The notes: a model not told the origin generated them from the letters alone. A stretch of 64,000 nt of DNA from Botryllus schlosseri (GCA_051294905.1 CM119373.1:31310001-31374000); one strand, 5' to 3'; counted from the first letter of the stretch, positions 13,115 to 25,714 are shown. Program-made: numbers and translations.

Positions 13115-13750
13115 TTAATTCGCCTCAGAGAGTAATATAGGAGTGCTGGAAACAAAATATTGCGATATCATAATATCAAAATGTATTATAAAGTATACAG
13201 CCACAAGATTCGTTAAGATTTCGTGAAATCTACCGGCAAAAATCTACATATAGAATATAACTTGAGAAATATATTTCCCCTTATTCTACCTGCTTGTCAG
13301 TATATTTCCTTTTCGTGGCTGTTAATTTCAGTGTGTAAAGTACTTTGTTTGCAAATTAGATCATCATTATTTTATCGTAGTTATTTCAATGAAGAGGACT
13401 GATTTCCAGCTATCCCATGTGATATCTTATATTCGTTAACTGGCGTAGTGTGTATCCAACCTCTACCATAGACCCGTGTCAAGATGGAAACGAGTGGAAA
13501 AAGTATCCCGTCCCTCTTCAGGCATGCCAGGAATACGGTTTTTGGCCATGTCGGAGTAACGAAAATGGCTGCCGTAAATACTATTATTTCCAAAATCGGC
13601 CGAAATTTCAATTTGGCTGACCTCGGCATTTACTAGTTGGAATTTAGCCAAATTTGGTAAGCAACGTTTTCTTTAGGGGGTAACCAGACGATTTGACAAC
13701 AAAGCTGATGAAGATTACCTAAAAAAAAAGTTTTTTTTCAACAGTTCTTA
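13115..13750 (-). mobile_element. DNA-transposon-like repeat, right member of an inverted pair
   Basis: Inverted copy of 10230-10850. Confidence 0.75.
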
Positions 13751-13753
13751 GTC

Positions 13754-14096
13754 CAGGGGTTCCCAAACTGTTTATGGTCGCGACCTAAAATTCGGATTTG
13801 AAAATGTTGCGCGACCCCACCTCTCAAATTGACGTGCTGGTTACTAAAAATGGTCCATACTATCGCCCAAACCTGCTCACGGCCTATGTGTGAGACTGGT
13901 GACAGGTTCACATTCCTTACGGGTCGAGTTTTCTTCTATTTTGAAAAATTAGTTAAAATATTCAGAATTGAGCTGCCGATTATATCCGCTTCATATGCAT
14001 TCTTCTAACAGTCATTCTTATTTAAATGTCGTATCGACCGCAGAGAATAGCCAAACGCCTCCATTGGGGTCGCAATCCCTAGTTTAGGAACCCCTG
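13754..14096. mobile_element. Charlie-like hAT MITE
   Basis: TIR CAGGGGTTCCCAAACT / AGTTTAGGAACCCCTG; only a 5-bp flank match (TAGTC); related ends near 52650, 52900 and 62315. Confidence 0.7.
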
Positions 14097-14951
14097 TAGT
14101 CTATCCGTCCGCCGAAACACAATGACCTTAACAATGACCAATCAAGTCGATCGACTGTTCAGAATAATGCCAATGTTCACACTTTGACGGCTATTTCTTG
14201 ATGGTTACATTGCCCTGACACGATTGTAAATTATATTTATGGAATAAGTGCGACAGTAGATTTCGAATAAGACTAATTCTATTGCGTTTGAGAGATCGGG
14301 TCGCCAGCTACAGGACTACCAATTATGCTGCTTTTCTTCGGCTCAGCAATATACCTCTCCGTGTATTCAAGTGTGACATCTGCGTTGCGCATCCGTAGAT
14401 TTTAGTAATCTATAGCCATAAATGGAAATCACTTTCGGTTTGCTCGCTCCACAGTGTATGCAACTATAATCGAGGGTGGATACTGTAGAAATTACAAGAC
14501 GTGTCTGTGCAATTTACGCGATACGACTCATGACACTACGAATGGGTATAACCGTCGGCAATATATTCAGTTACCGTAATTCAGGTGGTATTTCATGCGG
14601 TTCTCATGACACTTTCGTTCATAAAAGTGACCAAAACATACCACGAAAATACTTATTACTATTGAAAGTTGAAATAGTAAGTATTTCTATCTGTAAATTG
14701 GTGGAGTATAAATTGAAGTAATCTAATAACATAATTTACTTGAGGAATCCAAAAAAATCAGAAGTACTTCGATTATGACCCCCTCTGTCTATATATATAT
14801 ACCACATAGGAAGCTTATAATGTTTTGGTCTACTCAATTATACCTTTAAGGTAGATTCGATTCGTATGTCCGTCGATGCTGCAGGCAAGAGAAGAGTTAT
14901 ACACATGAATATTGCAATATGCATTGCTACGTACCGAAAACTGGTATAGGG

Positions 14952-15627
14952 CAGTCGTTCTCAACCGTGAAATCACGGGGCAGTTTCGCTTCATACCTGC
15001 TAAAACTTCAGGACTCACGTTAACAGCATGACAGTCAGTGACGAAATATCCTACTGTCCAAACTCATTTTAGTGACATAATTCCGAACAGTCTACTGATA
15101 CAGTCGTTTGAAACAGAAATTCCTCAAGGTTTTTTCCTAATCTGTCGTAATAAAGGAATTGAAACCTCGCGACATAATCCATTTTCTCACGTGATATACA
15201 TAATTAACATTCCAGAATATCTTCAAGGTGAGCTTTTAGATAGAAATGACTAGGCTGGAAGTTCATTCAAAATCTTTTCCTCAGTATCGGTGCCATATAT
15301 GCGGTTATACCTAAAGGTGTCGTCGGAAGCATTAGGCGTTGATATTACATTCGCCACCATCTATCTTTGTGTAAATGAATTGTCGGCACTAGTTTATATC
15401 AAATCGAAGACGCCGATTTTCAATACACGACCGTGTATTTCTACCCAAGTTATACATATAGTATATTACTTTCAACGAAGTCACTTTCTTGCTGTTTATC
15501 ATTAGCCTACAGTTGATATGATCGTTGCACGATAATTGAGCTACATCTGAACTAAAATCAGGGGTTCCGCGGCGGTCTGTGACTGTGCAAAACGGATCCG
15601 CGAACACAAAAAGGTTGAGAACCACTG
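14952..15627 (+). mobile_element. Charlie-like hAT deletion derivative
   Basis: TIR CAGTCGTTCTCAACC / GGTTGAGAACCACTG; FATIYLC...LVYIKSK dimerisation-region relic; TSD GTATAGGG/GTATATGG split by the next insertion. Confidence 0.8.
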
Positions 15628-15630
15628 GCA

Positions 15631-16743
15631 CAGACTTGGACAACTAGATAATTCTAGTTGTCTAATTTCACTAAATTAGAGTGAAATCCCGGTAATCTAA
15701 TTCTAATCTAATTTGTGAAATGTTTCGATGCTCTAATTTTAATTCTTATCCAATTTTTTGTTCCTTCAAATGCATATTTAACCGCGGCATTTTGAAGCAA
15801 GTAACAAGAATATCCAGTGTCAAGCCGCCATCGCATTACTTACACCAGTGATTCCCAACCTTTTTCGACTCATCCCCCCCTTTTCAAGCTCAACGCCGAT
15901 CATCGCCCCCCCCCCAGATTTTGTGAACCGAAAAATCGGTATACAATCTGTAATCATCGATGGGTTGACTAAAAAAAGGTCAACTTGTCGGCTCGTTGTC
16001 GAATCTTACACTTTTGCAACTAAGTTTACGTGGGTTGACTAAAAAAATGGTCATTTCACCGACTTGACTCCAATATAGCTGTTTTAACGCGTCATCGCCC
16101 CCTTCACTATTTTCGCCCGTCTATCGCCCCCCTAGGCTGCCAAATCGCCCATGTTGGGAACCACTGACTTACACCGTGCAGAATAGTAGTTATTGTGCGA
16201 CGCATAATAGCCATGCTGGCATAGTAGCTTGTTTGTTTGTTTTATTGAACAATTGTGACGCTTATCGCCTAATCATGTTATTTGCGCCATGATAATGAAT
16301 GTTGTAATGTGCAATGATCATTATTCGCTTTCTTCCAAATTCACAGATCAGATCGCTGGCTGCAAAATATGACCTCGCGAGCCGGGTGTTAATGACTCCT
16401 GGTATAGTGCAAAACGAGCAAAGCTTGGTATACAGACGTTAATCATTCTCATGGTGATGAGACTCCACTGTTATTTGATATGAACTGAACTTTTGGCTGT
16501 ATTTATTTCTCATTCACAATTTCATTCAATTTCCAAGTTTTTCCGAATTCAGTAATTCCTAATTCTAATTTTAATCTTATTTGGAAAAAGCTATGAAGCT
16601 CTAATAATAATTCTAGTCTAATTTGGAAAAATCTTCATTGCTCTAATTCTAATTGTAATCTAATTCGGAAAAAACTCGGCAGCTCTAATTCTAATTTTAA
16701 TCTAATTCGAAATAGCTGAAAATTTTCCAGTTGTCCAAGTCTG
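15631..16743. mobile_element. CAGACTTGG-family element with a nested Charlie MITE
   Basis: TIR CAGACTTGGACAACT / AGTTGTCCAAGTCTG; TSD CACTGGCA/CACTGGTA; CTAATT arrays. Confidence 0.8.
15846..16166. mobile_element. Charlie-like MITE (ATCGCCCC repeats)
   Basis: TIR CAGTGATTCCCAAC / GTTGGGAACCACTG; perfect TSD ACTTACAC. Confidence 0.9.
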
Positions 16744-16779
16744 CACTGGTATATGGCTTTATTGAAGCTATATTCCTAG

Positions 16780-17460
16780 CGAACTCGAATCAGTGTCACG
16801 CATAATCTCGATGTAGCAGCCCCCACTAGTATGATTTATGGTTCTATAGGATGATCCAATACTCTAACCTAGATCCACACTGCCTGTCTCGTCGAACGGA
16901 ATTGGACAGGCTTCCAATCTTGCCATCATTTAAGCTCAAAATGTTGACCTCTAGCACGTAACAGTATCGACAGCATAGCTACCCAAATAGCTCGAATATA
17001 CGCACAACTGGCAATCTGACCTTAGCTCGAATTGGCGAAAGTGCAAACATGATATTGCACAACCGACGAGTAACTGTACAATGTACATGCCTAGGATTTA
17101 TTGTGATGGCTGGATATAAACCACTTGCATTATTTGCCCAGCACAAAGGAAACATAAGGAATAACCCTTCCCCTCTCATTTTAGTATCGTGAACAACATG
17201 TTATTGCTTTGGAAAAAACATGTGGTGAGGCTCGTGGACGTGGACTACATACCGGGTTGGCGTATGGAAACTCAATCATATATTTGATAGATATTTGGGA
17301 AATGCTTTTTTATGAATACAAATCTCGTTCGCCGAGACAATCGTTCACACATTTTAAGATTAGTTTCTCGGTTTACGCCGGTACTTTCCGTTGGGGCTCA
17401 AAATGAACTGATGATGCATCAACGAAAAAGTGACGTGCTGTATACATTGTGAATACTAAT
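16780..17460 (+). pseudogene. Decayed GPCR-like relic (TM5-TM7 and tail region)
   Basis: Nucleotide homology to 24900-25620, 27830-28470, 41300-41880 and, inverted, 60243-61086 and 63570-64000; CLGFIVMAGYKPLAL...CYCFGK; tail ILRLVSRFTPVLS. Confidence 0.45.
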
Positions 17461-17849
17461 CGTGAATATTGGAGAAGGTAAACCAATCTTGGACCACACC
17501 CCGACATCCGACTTGTCGCACGGCCCACTTCTAGGCTTCAATAAGATGCCGCTTGCGCTGATCACTTGGCGAGTAGAAGCCTAGATAAACCTCCAACAAT
17601 TAAGGAGTTCTCTGGAGTCGACCTCTGCTGGTTCTAGTCCGACCGAAGTGGACTCCAGAACTCCTCTATAAGTGTTGGAGTTTTAGCTGGGCTCCTAATT
17701 GGCACGTGATCCACGTAAGCCGTGTCTTGTGAAAGCGTAGGAGTGCGACGTGCTACAAAGTCGGTATTTACGGAATTAAAAATACAGAATATCGTTTGGA
17801 GTAAAATGACCACCATGAATAATAAACAAAAAAAACAATACACCGCTTA

Positions 17850-17985
17850 CATGAATGGGATAGCGAAGAGGAGCCTGGATAACCCTACAACACATGGGTC
17901 GGAATTCGGTAATCGACATCGGTCGGACTCGAACCCGCAACCCATTGATGATGCAGCGTGGATTATACCACTACGCTATCTCGCC
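17850..17985 (-). mobile_element. tRNA-derived SINE-like element
   Basis: Minus strand has A-box TAGCGTAGTGG and B-box GGTTCGAGTCC, then GGGTTATCCAGGCTCCTCTTC as in the 7729 copy. Confidence 0.7.
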
Positions 17986-18016
17986 ACCTCCAGGGCCAGT
18001 TGATATGAGTAAAACT

Positions 18017-19470
18017 TAGGAATGCTGTGAGCGTGAGGTTCACGTTCGCATTCTGTGTGCGAACCTCTGAGATTTGGAGGTTCGGGTTGGCAAACGAACC
18101 TTGGTAGGTTCTGCACTTTGAATCTTACTCACGTATTACAATTTTTCATTATATCGCCTTAGTTTGAAATTCTTCTCCTTGAATTTCGACTTCTGAAATT
18201 TCCGCATGGTGCTGACAACATGAAAAGAAATTCAGCACTACACGAGCATGCACCTTGCCATTTTCAAAAATAATTTGCTCGAAAGTTTGCTCGCAATATT
18301 CAGCTTTCCGTTTGTTAATCTTTAATGACTCTCCGCATCGAGTCGTTGCCAATATTGACTCGCGTCAAGTCAAGTCAATCGATTTTTGAAGGTGACTCGA
18401 GTCAAGTCTAGTCACTCGTTTTTTGGAGGTGACTCTAGTCAAGTCAAGTCAAGTCACGAGTCAAGTCATACCAAGCCTCGAGAGGTTGAAAGAAATTGAT
18501 ATCACACAATACACTACTAACCATCTACACATCCGTGAAAATATATACGCATGAAGTTTATTCGTTCGATTTAAATCATACAAGAGGGTTGGTAAAGTTG
18601 GGTGCTGTGCAATGTAAGGACCGAGCCTTAATAGATTAATCTAATACTACCGTTACGACAACGCAGGTTGTGATCATTTCGTTTTCGGTCAGTATATTTG
18701 TGATGTAACAATGGTAATTATTGAAATGTGCAATCAGTGAACGACTGGTTGCTCTGACAAGTGACACCGGCGTATCGTGAATAATAATCCGAACATGCAC
18801 AAGATACATTGATTTGATCGACACGGTTTACTTGATGACTTGAAATTGACTCGTAAATTTTTCTCCGAGTCACGAGTCAATCCGCATTATTGAAGCGCCG
18901 AGTCAAGTCAAGTCAAGTCAAGTCATTTTTGCAAAGTGACTCGAGTCAAGTCAAGTCATACGAAAAACTTGACTCGAGTCTGACTCGAGTCAAGTCATGA
19001 CTCGAGTCATCCCAACACTGCCTTATTGTATCATGAAAACCAAATCCGTCCAATTGAGGTGTTGGCTACTGTATAACTTGTTTTCGAGATAATATCTGAC
19101 GCAAGTATTGAAACTGGTGTCTTAAGAAATATTATTCCAGTGTAGCCGAGTCCTCGTCGAAATTGTTGGCAATGCGACGGAAGATATTGATTTGTTAGAA
19201 TTAGAGTATCATTTGATTACTCCAGTTGATGCATTTCGTGACGTTCAAAAAGTCAGCACTCAGCATGCACTTCAGAATTTTGGCACAATGTGGCGTGAGT
19301 CGTCGCTAGGTATCGTTTACATTAATATATCTCTTTGCTGAAATGTAGGGTTGGAATTAGCAACATGACGTCATGTGACGTCATAGGTTCACGTTCGCGT
19401 TCACGCAGAACCTTTCAAAATGTTCGCGTTCACACGAACTTGAACCTTTAGGAGGATCACACCATCTCTA
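18017..19470 (+). mobile_element. Family A element, older copy, with a nested inverted family B MITE (about 18340-19020)
   Basis: Degenerate TIRs TAGGAATGCTGTGA / TCACACCATCTCTA; TSD GTAAAACT/GTAAAAGG; nested AGTCA arrays end in CCCAACACTG. Confidence 0.8.
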
Positions 19471-20881
19471 GTAAAAGGTTGATATTGTTCAAGAACAAGT
19501 ACACGACTTCATATCGTAGCACACGGTATGGTTCACCTGGAATTTAAATGCTATTACTTTCACCCTTTCGACTCCATAACTTTCTACTGATAAAAATTAT
19601 AAAAAATTCAATCTTATTTTTATAATCGAAATCTGTGGTCCTGGTACTGGCGTAGGCAGGGGGATTTTCCGATGTCTGATCGTCCTCACACCCTCCTTTA
19701 CATGATCGAACATACCTTTTTAAGAGGGGGTCAGTAACGACGCAATTTTACTTTTTTCGAAGTACTCAAATAGTTTTCCTCTACTTTTAGTACTACTCAT
19801 GTAGATGTAATTTATCGTTACTTCTACGTCATCATATTTTGTGATTTATCTACTTATTTTTCGCTATTCACAGTTTGTAAATTAGAAGTATTCAATGAGT
19901 GAGAGAGAGGGAGAGATAGAGGGAAGGAAAGATAGAGGGACAGAGAGAGACTGAATGGTAGAAATTTAGAGAATGTTTGCTTTGAGTACCAGTATTAATT
20001 TACCTATCACAAAATATAAGGAAAATCCACAATCTTCGTCGTGCTTGTCGCGAAATATATGTGGAGTGACAAGTATGTTTTCACGGAAGTATCGGTCAAT
20101 ATGATTTGGGTAGCGGGTTGCGTGGTTCCTTTGATATGCTGTATCGCCACCCATAAGACATGTTTCATCGCAGTCAATATGGCTCAGAAAAAATGTTTTG
20201 AACGATCACATCGTAATCTGGCCTCTAAATATCTTCTCGTAATGTAGCATTCTAGTTGCATAGGGTGTGTTCAAATATGGAAAAAGTGGCACTTGACTTG
20301 TAAGCGTTAAACCGTTGAGCGTCAACCACCTTTGAAACCGTCTGAACAAAATACAGAAAATATATTCCCTCTTTTAAAAAATTAGAGTGCATGGTATTTC
20401 TCTTTATGCACGGTATAATCGTCACAGAGAGATCTTACAATTAATCCGAGTTTTCTTGTCCGGAGTATATGCACGAGTTCAAAACTAAGTGCACTGTTGC
20501 CGTTTTCCTCCCGAAGTAAAATTAAATCTAAATGGCATATTTACGATCTACCATAATTTTCATAGGCACACGATAAGCACGCAACTCGTTAATGCACTGC
20601 CTGATACACCGCAATTATGCTTTTCGCTTCAGCTATACGAGACTTATAATACGGTGGAGGGCACCATTCCATGATATCATTCGAAATGTGGTCTGAGGTA
20701 AAAAAAAAGTTAAGAACCACTGTTCCAAAGCAACCCAAGATGCGTCCTAATTCTTATGTGCGAAAGTCCGTCCCTTTTGGTTAGTAGCTTTACGATCCCA
20801 GCTCTCTACGCCGCCCGCAGGTCTCAGTTCCCTGCTTTTGACCTCCAATGAGATTGTATTTATACCTGCTTCTCACAACTG

Positions 20882-20920
<39 letters not shown>
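20882..20920. repeat. (CTTA)n microsatellite inside a TACTT-repeat MITE ending at about 21069
   Basis: About 10 tandem CTTA units; the downstream end CGACCACTTCTG matches the 29603-29866 element. Confidence 0.85.
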
Positions 20921-21643
20921 GAGTTGATTTTAGCGTCGCTCCTACTTCTACTTGAAGTAGTTTTAGGATGCTTTCAAAAAGACTACTTATACTCACAACT
21001 GTGTAGATTTGAGCGTCACGACTTCTACTTCTACTTGAGTAGCTATCTTGAATAATTCGACCACTTCTGCAATATGTATTCGAAGCTATAGTAGCATGAA
21101 AGTTACATTTAATACAACGACTCTACCAATGTTTTCAATGAGAATATTGCCTGAATATCCCGACCCTTTCGCGAAATAACATGAAAAAAATCCCGCCTTT
21201 TGGGTCATGTCGAATCTGAATAACTATACTATGCCAGCTTTTCAGCGCCAATCTACCCATTTAATCGGAATCAGATTTGACCTGAGCTACGGCAATGGAT
21301 TTCAGAATACTGACAGCCTACACATACCCATGAAAATCACTCGCATATGGAATCAAAAACTCAATTCAACATGTCACGTATTAGTTGTACTTCAACCCGA
21401 TCAACATGACTCCTTTTCACTTCACTACAGATTACGTACCCTCAGCGAAATACTAACATCAATATAGATGAATAAATAGTCAATTGTACTCGTAAAAAAT
21501 TTGTTACGCGGTTTATGCAGAAAATCAATCGGAAATATACAGAGTTGCATGCAATGAATATAGGCAAGACGAAGGTATCGATATACTGTCAAGTACGGAG
21601 CAGAGTAACAAATCATGCTTGTTGGACTACATACAATCAGATC

Positions 21644-21787
21644 TTAAATTAATCCCTCTAGTAATACACCTTCTTTTACATTCCGCGCTGCCTGTTGCGG
21701 TACGTACGCAGGCGGTGGAACCTGTTGACGCGGTGCACTTGGCGCCTGCGATGCTGATGTTAAAATCGTCATCTGTCCGTTCGGTCC
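21644..21787 (-). pseudogene. Orphaned native C-terminal tail of MS4A-like copy 3
   Basis: Joined across the TSD it reads (HVN)GPNGQMTILTSASQAPSAPRQQVPPPAYVPQQAARNVKEGVLLEGLI*, colinear with the copy 4 tail. Confidence 0.9.
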
Positions 21788-21795
21788 GTTTACGT

Positions 21796-23438
21796 CAGTG
21801 GTTCTTAACCTTTTTTCCTCCAGCGCCCCCTTTCAAAAATTATCGTGCTCCAGCGCCCCCCCCCACTTCATAATGTAAGGAATGTAATAAAGACAATGAG
21901 TAAGAGGGAGGGCCGTAACAGCACTTCGTCAACCCCCTAAAAACGATTGCCTTGCGCACCCATAGCGTGATAAACTGAACTTCTGAGTGCTTCGCCCCCA
22001 CGAACCCCCTATCGTGATTTCGATGGTCAGCAAAGTTTGTGTGGCCTGGTCGCCCTAGGTACCAAAATTTTCTATAATGCATGAATGAATAGGTGGTAAT
22101 AATTACATATATAAGTCGCGATAAACTGAGTGAGCTGTTGTATAGGAAGATAAAGGGCACGTAATTAATAATTAAACGTATTCGGGCGTGCCTGCAGGTA
22201 GAATTATTCGTTACCAGGGCCGTAACAGCACTTCGTCAGCCCCCTCCCAAATAAAAAACGTTGGTCCTGGGCCCCATCGGGTGATAAACCAAGCTTCCGG
22301 GGGACTTCACTCCCAGACCCCCATTAGGCTGTCTTCTATTTGCTGAAAGCCTGTTAGGTATCTACATTGGGTGTCCATTTACTGAGTCAGCTATTCTCGC
22401 CTAGTCGCGCGAAGCGCGAAAAATTTCACTAATTAATGATTGAATTGGTCAATATCATCGGGAATTGCATGTAAATTGAGATTAATTTTTATCCTCTCTC
22501 TGCTCACGTAAACACATTTACCGGCAGAGCTGAGTGAGGTGCAATGTTCCCTCTAAGCTGCGCACGTGCGCAGTGCTGACACGGCCTCTGCGCACAGAAA
22601 ATCTACGTTGCGCACAACAAATCCGAAGTTATTACCTTTTTTTAGTCGATACGCACTGTTGTCCAGGGGTCAGCGCAGTGAGTTGTTGAGTGTGCGCAGA
22701 CTCATCAAAACTTAAAGCGAACATTGTGAGGATTCTTGGAAACTGTAGGGCCCGTTACTAATAATTAAACATATTCGGGCAGGCGAACCCGTTGGTATGA
22801 CTTCGTTGCATGATGTTATTTCGTGACCCCCTGTCTGCAATATCCAAAAATATATATATATAGAGAGATGGTATTCTTTTTCGCCTGCACCATCGAGATG
22901 CTTTGACGACGGAGATGCGATAAGGCCTTTATAGTAAGGTCATCTAGTCTGCACCCCCGTTTTTTTCTCCTCCATGCTATCCGTGATCCAAAAATATAGA
23001 ATCGCTCATCGGGGATTCGCCCAACAGGAATATCCCCGTCGCCCAATCGTACTAAACTAAAAGACGCACACGATTTCAGATTGGTATTTCTTCACTGACA
23101 TATAATTTTTCCCTGCCAGAGGGAATTCGTCTTCTGGGGTTCAGATTGCCAAGACAGGAACATTCGGTGTCAGTCATTTAGGCGCCCATCGACAATTAAT
23201 CCTGTATGTATTTTGAAGGCTATATGTAACGAAGTTTTCGGTGTTAATTTGCTCTGAATACTCATTAAGGATATGTCCTATGACCACATCATCTACTGCG
23301 AAGCCATTTTTCTCCAGCGCCCCCCATACCGCCCCCCTGAGCCCAGCGCCCCCCATATCGCCCCCTGAGCGTTTCCGCCCCCCTTCAAAATCGCCAGCGC
23401 CCCCTGGGGGGCGCTGGGGGCAAGGTTAAGAACCACTG
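21796..23438. mobile_element. Composite Charlie-like hAT element inserted in the MS4A-like copy 3 coding sequence
   Basis: TIR CAGTGGTTCTTAACCTT / AAGGTTAAGAACCACTG; perfect TSD GTTTACGT (21788-21795, 23439-23446); CAGCGCCCC subterminal repeats. Confidence 0.95.
22542..22726. mobile_element. Small nested hAT-like MITE (GCGCA repeats)
   Basis: TIR CAATGTTCCCTCTAAG / CTTAAAGCGAACATTG; absent at the homologous site near 56370; TSD imperfect. Confidence 0.7.
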
Positions 23439-24056
23439 GTTTACGTGCTGATGCTGCGTGGCATGGGCGATTTGCTGCTGTCCATGTGACGTGTACGGTA
23501 ATACTGCATTGGAACTTCTGCAACATATTCCGCCGCAGCAGTACGCCGCATGCACAATGGTGATCACCATGGATGAAAAACAAGCAATTGCCTCACAGGC
23601 GTGAAGCCCAACCAATGGTTGACTGCACCAGAGAGCAGTCAACAACCCCGGAAAAACAGAGAAATAAAGTCCGACGCCTAATACGGCGGACGAGATAATC
23701 GCCATCGTCATGTTTGCAACAAACAGACCTCTCGTGGCTTTGTAGTTGACACCAACTCCAAGAGCCCCAGTCGTTGCCAAGATTAATCCACACCATATTC
23801 CTTGGGATGAATAGGACCATTTTCTCGCGGATTGGCAGCTTAGTGAAGAGCCAGCGTTAGCTGCGACGATAGCAGCGGATATTCCTAGCACTGTAGAAAT
23901 AACTGCCATGACAACTTCAGCTCTTCCAATTCTGAATATTGCTTTGCGACGATTTTCCCGTTGATCGGATGATATGAGTGGTTGCGTGAAGACGATGTGT
24001 TGAGGTGCAGATGCCACTCCAAGATCAGACAAGAATGCAGGGGTACGCACATCCAT
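23385..24056 (-). CDS. MS4A/CD20-like copy 3, transposon-truncated with a TE-derived 17-aa tail (223 aa)
   Basis: All four TMs and AYCCGGICC are intact; the frame runs into the TIR (QWFLTLPPAPPRGRWRF*). Expression unknown. Confidence 0.75.
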   Translation of the reverse strand: MDVRTPAFLSDLGVASAPQHIVFTQPLISSDQRENRRKAIFRIGRAEVVMAVISTVLGISAAIVAANAGSSLSCQSARKWSYSSQGIWCGLILATTGALGVGVNYKATRGLFVANMTMAIISSAVLGVGLYFSVFPGLLTALWCSQPLVGLHACEAIACFSSMVITIVHAAYCCGGICCRSSNAVLPYTSHGQQQIAHATQHQHVNQWFLTLPPAPPRGRWRF

Positions 24057-24244
24057 TGCTATGAGCAGCACGGAGCTGATAAATATATTGCCGAATGCCT
24101 ACCTCAAATTTAGAATGGAACTTGGATATCTGTAAATGTTGGACATACAAAACTTTCGACCCGTGTTAACGACAGATAATTTCTATCAGTATCGCTGATG
24201 TCTGCAATGCACATGCACGGCCATAAGGAATGAACGGTGTTGGC

Positions 24245-24824
24245 TAGGGTTACCATATTTTGTGATCATAAAAGAGGACACTTTTCAAAAATGTGTGTAT
24301 TTATCATTAGATGGTATTGCCGAGATTTACAACTCATGTATTATGTTTGCGAGGTCAGGCGAATATAACAAAAAGTCAACGAATTCATCCAGTGATACTG
24401 AGTCAAATGAATAGATGAAATACTGAACTCGCTCGGCAATGAAACCTAATCCTAGGAAAATAACATTGCAGATTATATAGGTATACCTGTTCAAGTAAAC
24501 AAATTGAAAAAACTAATAGCTACGGATGGTGTGAAAGTGAGGTTCACGTTCGCGTTATGTATGTGAACCTCAAGGTGGGCGTTCGCAAACGGACCTTGTT
24601 AGGTTATGCAGTGTGAACCATTTTCATATAGTACAATTTTGCACGTCAATATAACATCTTCTGTTTCAAATTATTTGCATTTCAACTTTGGACCATTATC
24701 CGCCGAGCGCTGACAGCGTTGTTGTTGTTGCTGTTGTATTGAATTATGGTGCTCGGCAGTAATTGCCTCAAAAACCCGAAAAAGAAGGACAAATCCTCCT
24801 TAAGGAGGACATATGGTAACCCTA
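24245..24824. mobile_element. hAT-like MITE (TAGGGTTACCAT termini) containing a family A fragment (24521 to about 24716)
   Basis: TIR TAGGGTTACCATAT / ATATGGTAACCCTA; no TSD match; related element at 25715-26153. Confidence 0.65.
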
Positions 24825-24899
24825 TGTATCACGTAATTCAGTAACGAATCGGAATATAGTTAAGTCTATAGACACAAATTCAAGATTTATTTATTTGTT

Positions 24900-25620
24900 T
24901 CGGTTTACTGAGCATTAGTTCTATGGTCGAGCGAAGGAAACTCAGCAAATGCAGCACGCTGCACAATAAACAATCGCCCTGTTGGCGATGTCACGACCAA
25001 TACTTAAGAAGCACTGCTATACGCTGATCTAGATCCACACTATACATAGTTCGTTGGACAGTCTAGGATTAGCTTATGATCTCACCAATATTCCGGTCCC
25101 AAATATTGATCTGTTACTGAACGCACTATCGAATGCCATAGCTTCTCAACTAGATCGATTATAACTACAATTTTCATCGTACGACCTCAGCTAGAATCAA
25201 ATAAAGTGTAGATATGTATGAAATTGCACGAATCACGAGTCTATGGATACGGTTTATTGTGTTGCTTGAATATAAACTAGTTGCAATATTTGCTCGGCGT
25301 TTCGGAAACACAAGTAATTCCGCTGCCGTACCTATTGCGATAAAGATTGTGATGTTTTATTGCTTTGGCATGAAACATGTGTTGAGGCTCGTGGATTACC
25401 GTATGGATTGACTTATGCAAAAATATATTAGATAGATAGATGGATATAACCCTGCATTGCATTGAATCGAAATATGTTGGGCCAGGTGAATGGTGCCCAG
25501 ATTTTTAGATTTGTTTTTCAGTTCACACCGGTACTTTCCGACGCATTCGAGAATGAACTCATTGGGCGATGACGAAAATATCATGTGTTCGTATACACGT
25601 TGCACTATTTGATCGGCACA
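24900..25620 (+). pseudogene. Decayed GPCR-like relic
   Basis: Homologous to 16780-17460; IRFIVLLEYKLVAIF...TSNSAAVPIAIKIVMFYCFGMK (TM6/TM7-like); tail IFRFVFQFTPVLSD. Confidence 0.45.
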
Positions 25621-25714
25621 ATTGAAACATAAGCAATTTCCTTCCTATCTTGGAGAGGGGAAGTGAGACAGTCGCCTATACTGCGGCTCCATTTCTACTG
25701 AGTATTGGTATAAC

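Noticed and set aside
21619-21873. Plus-strand ORF containing QWFLTFFPPAPP
   Set aside because: Antisense of the orphan tail running into the left TIR; the match to the copy 3 neo-tail is only TIR symmetry
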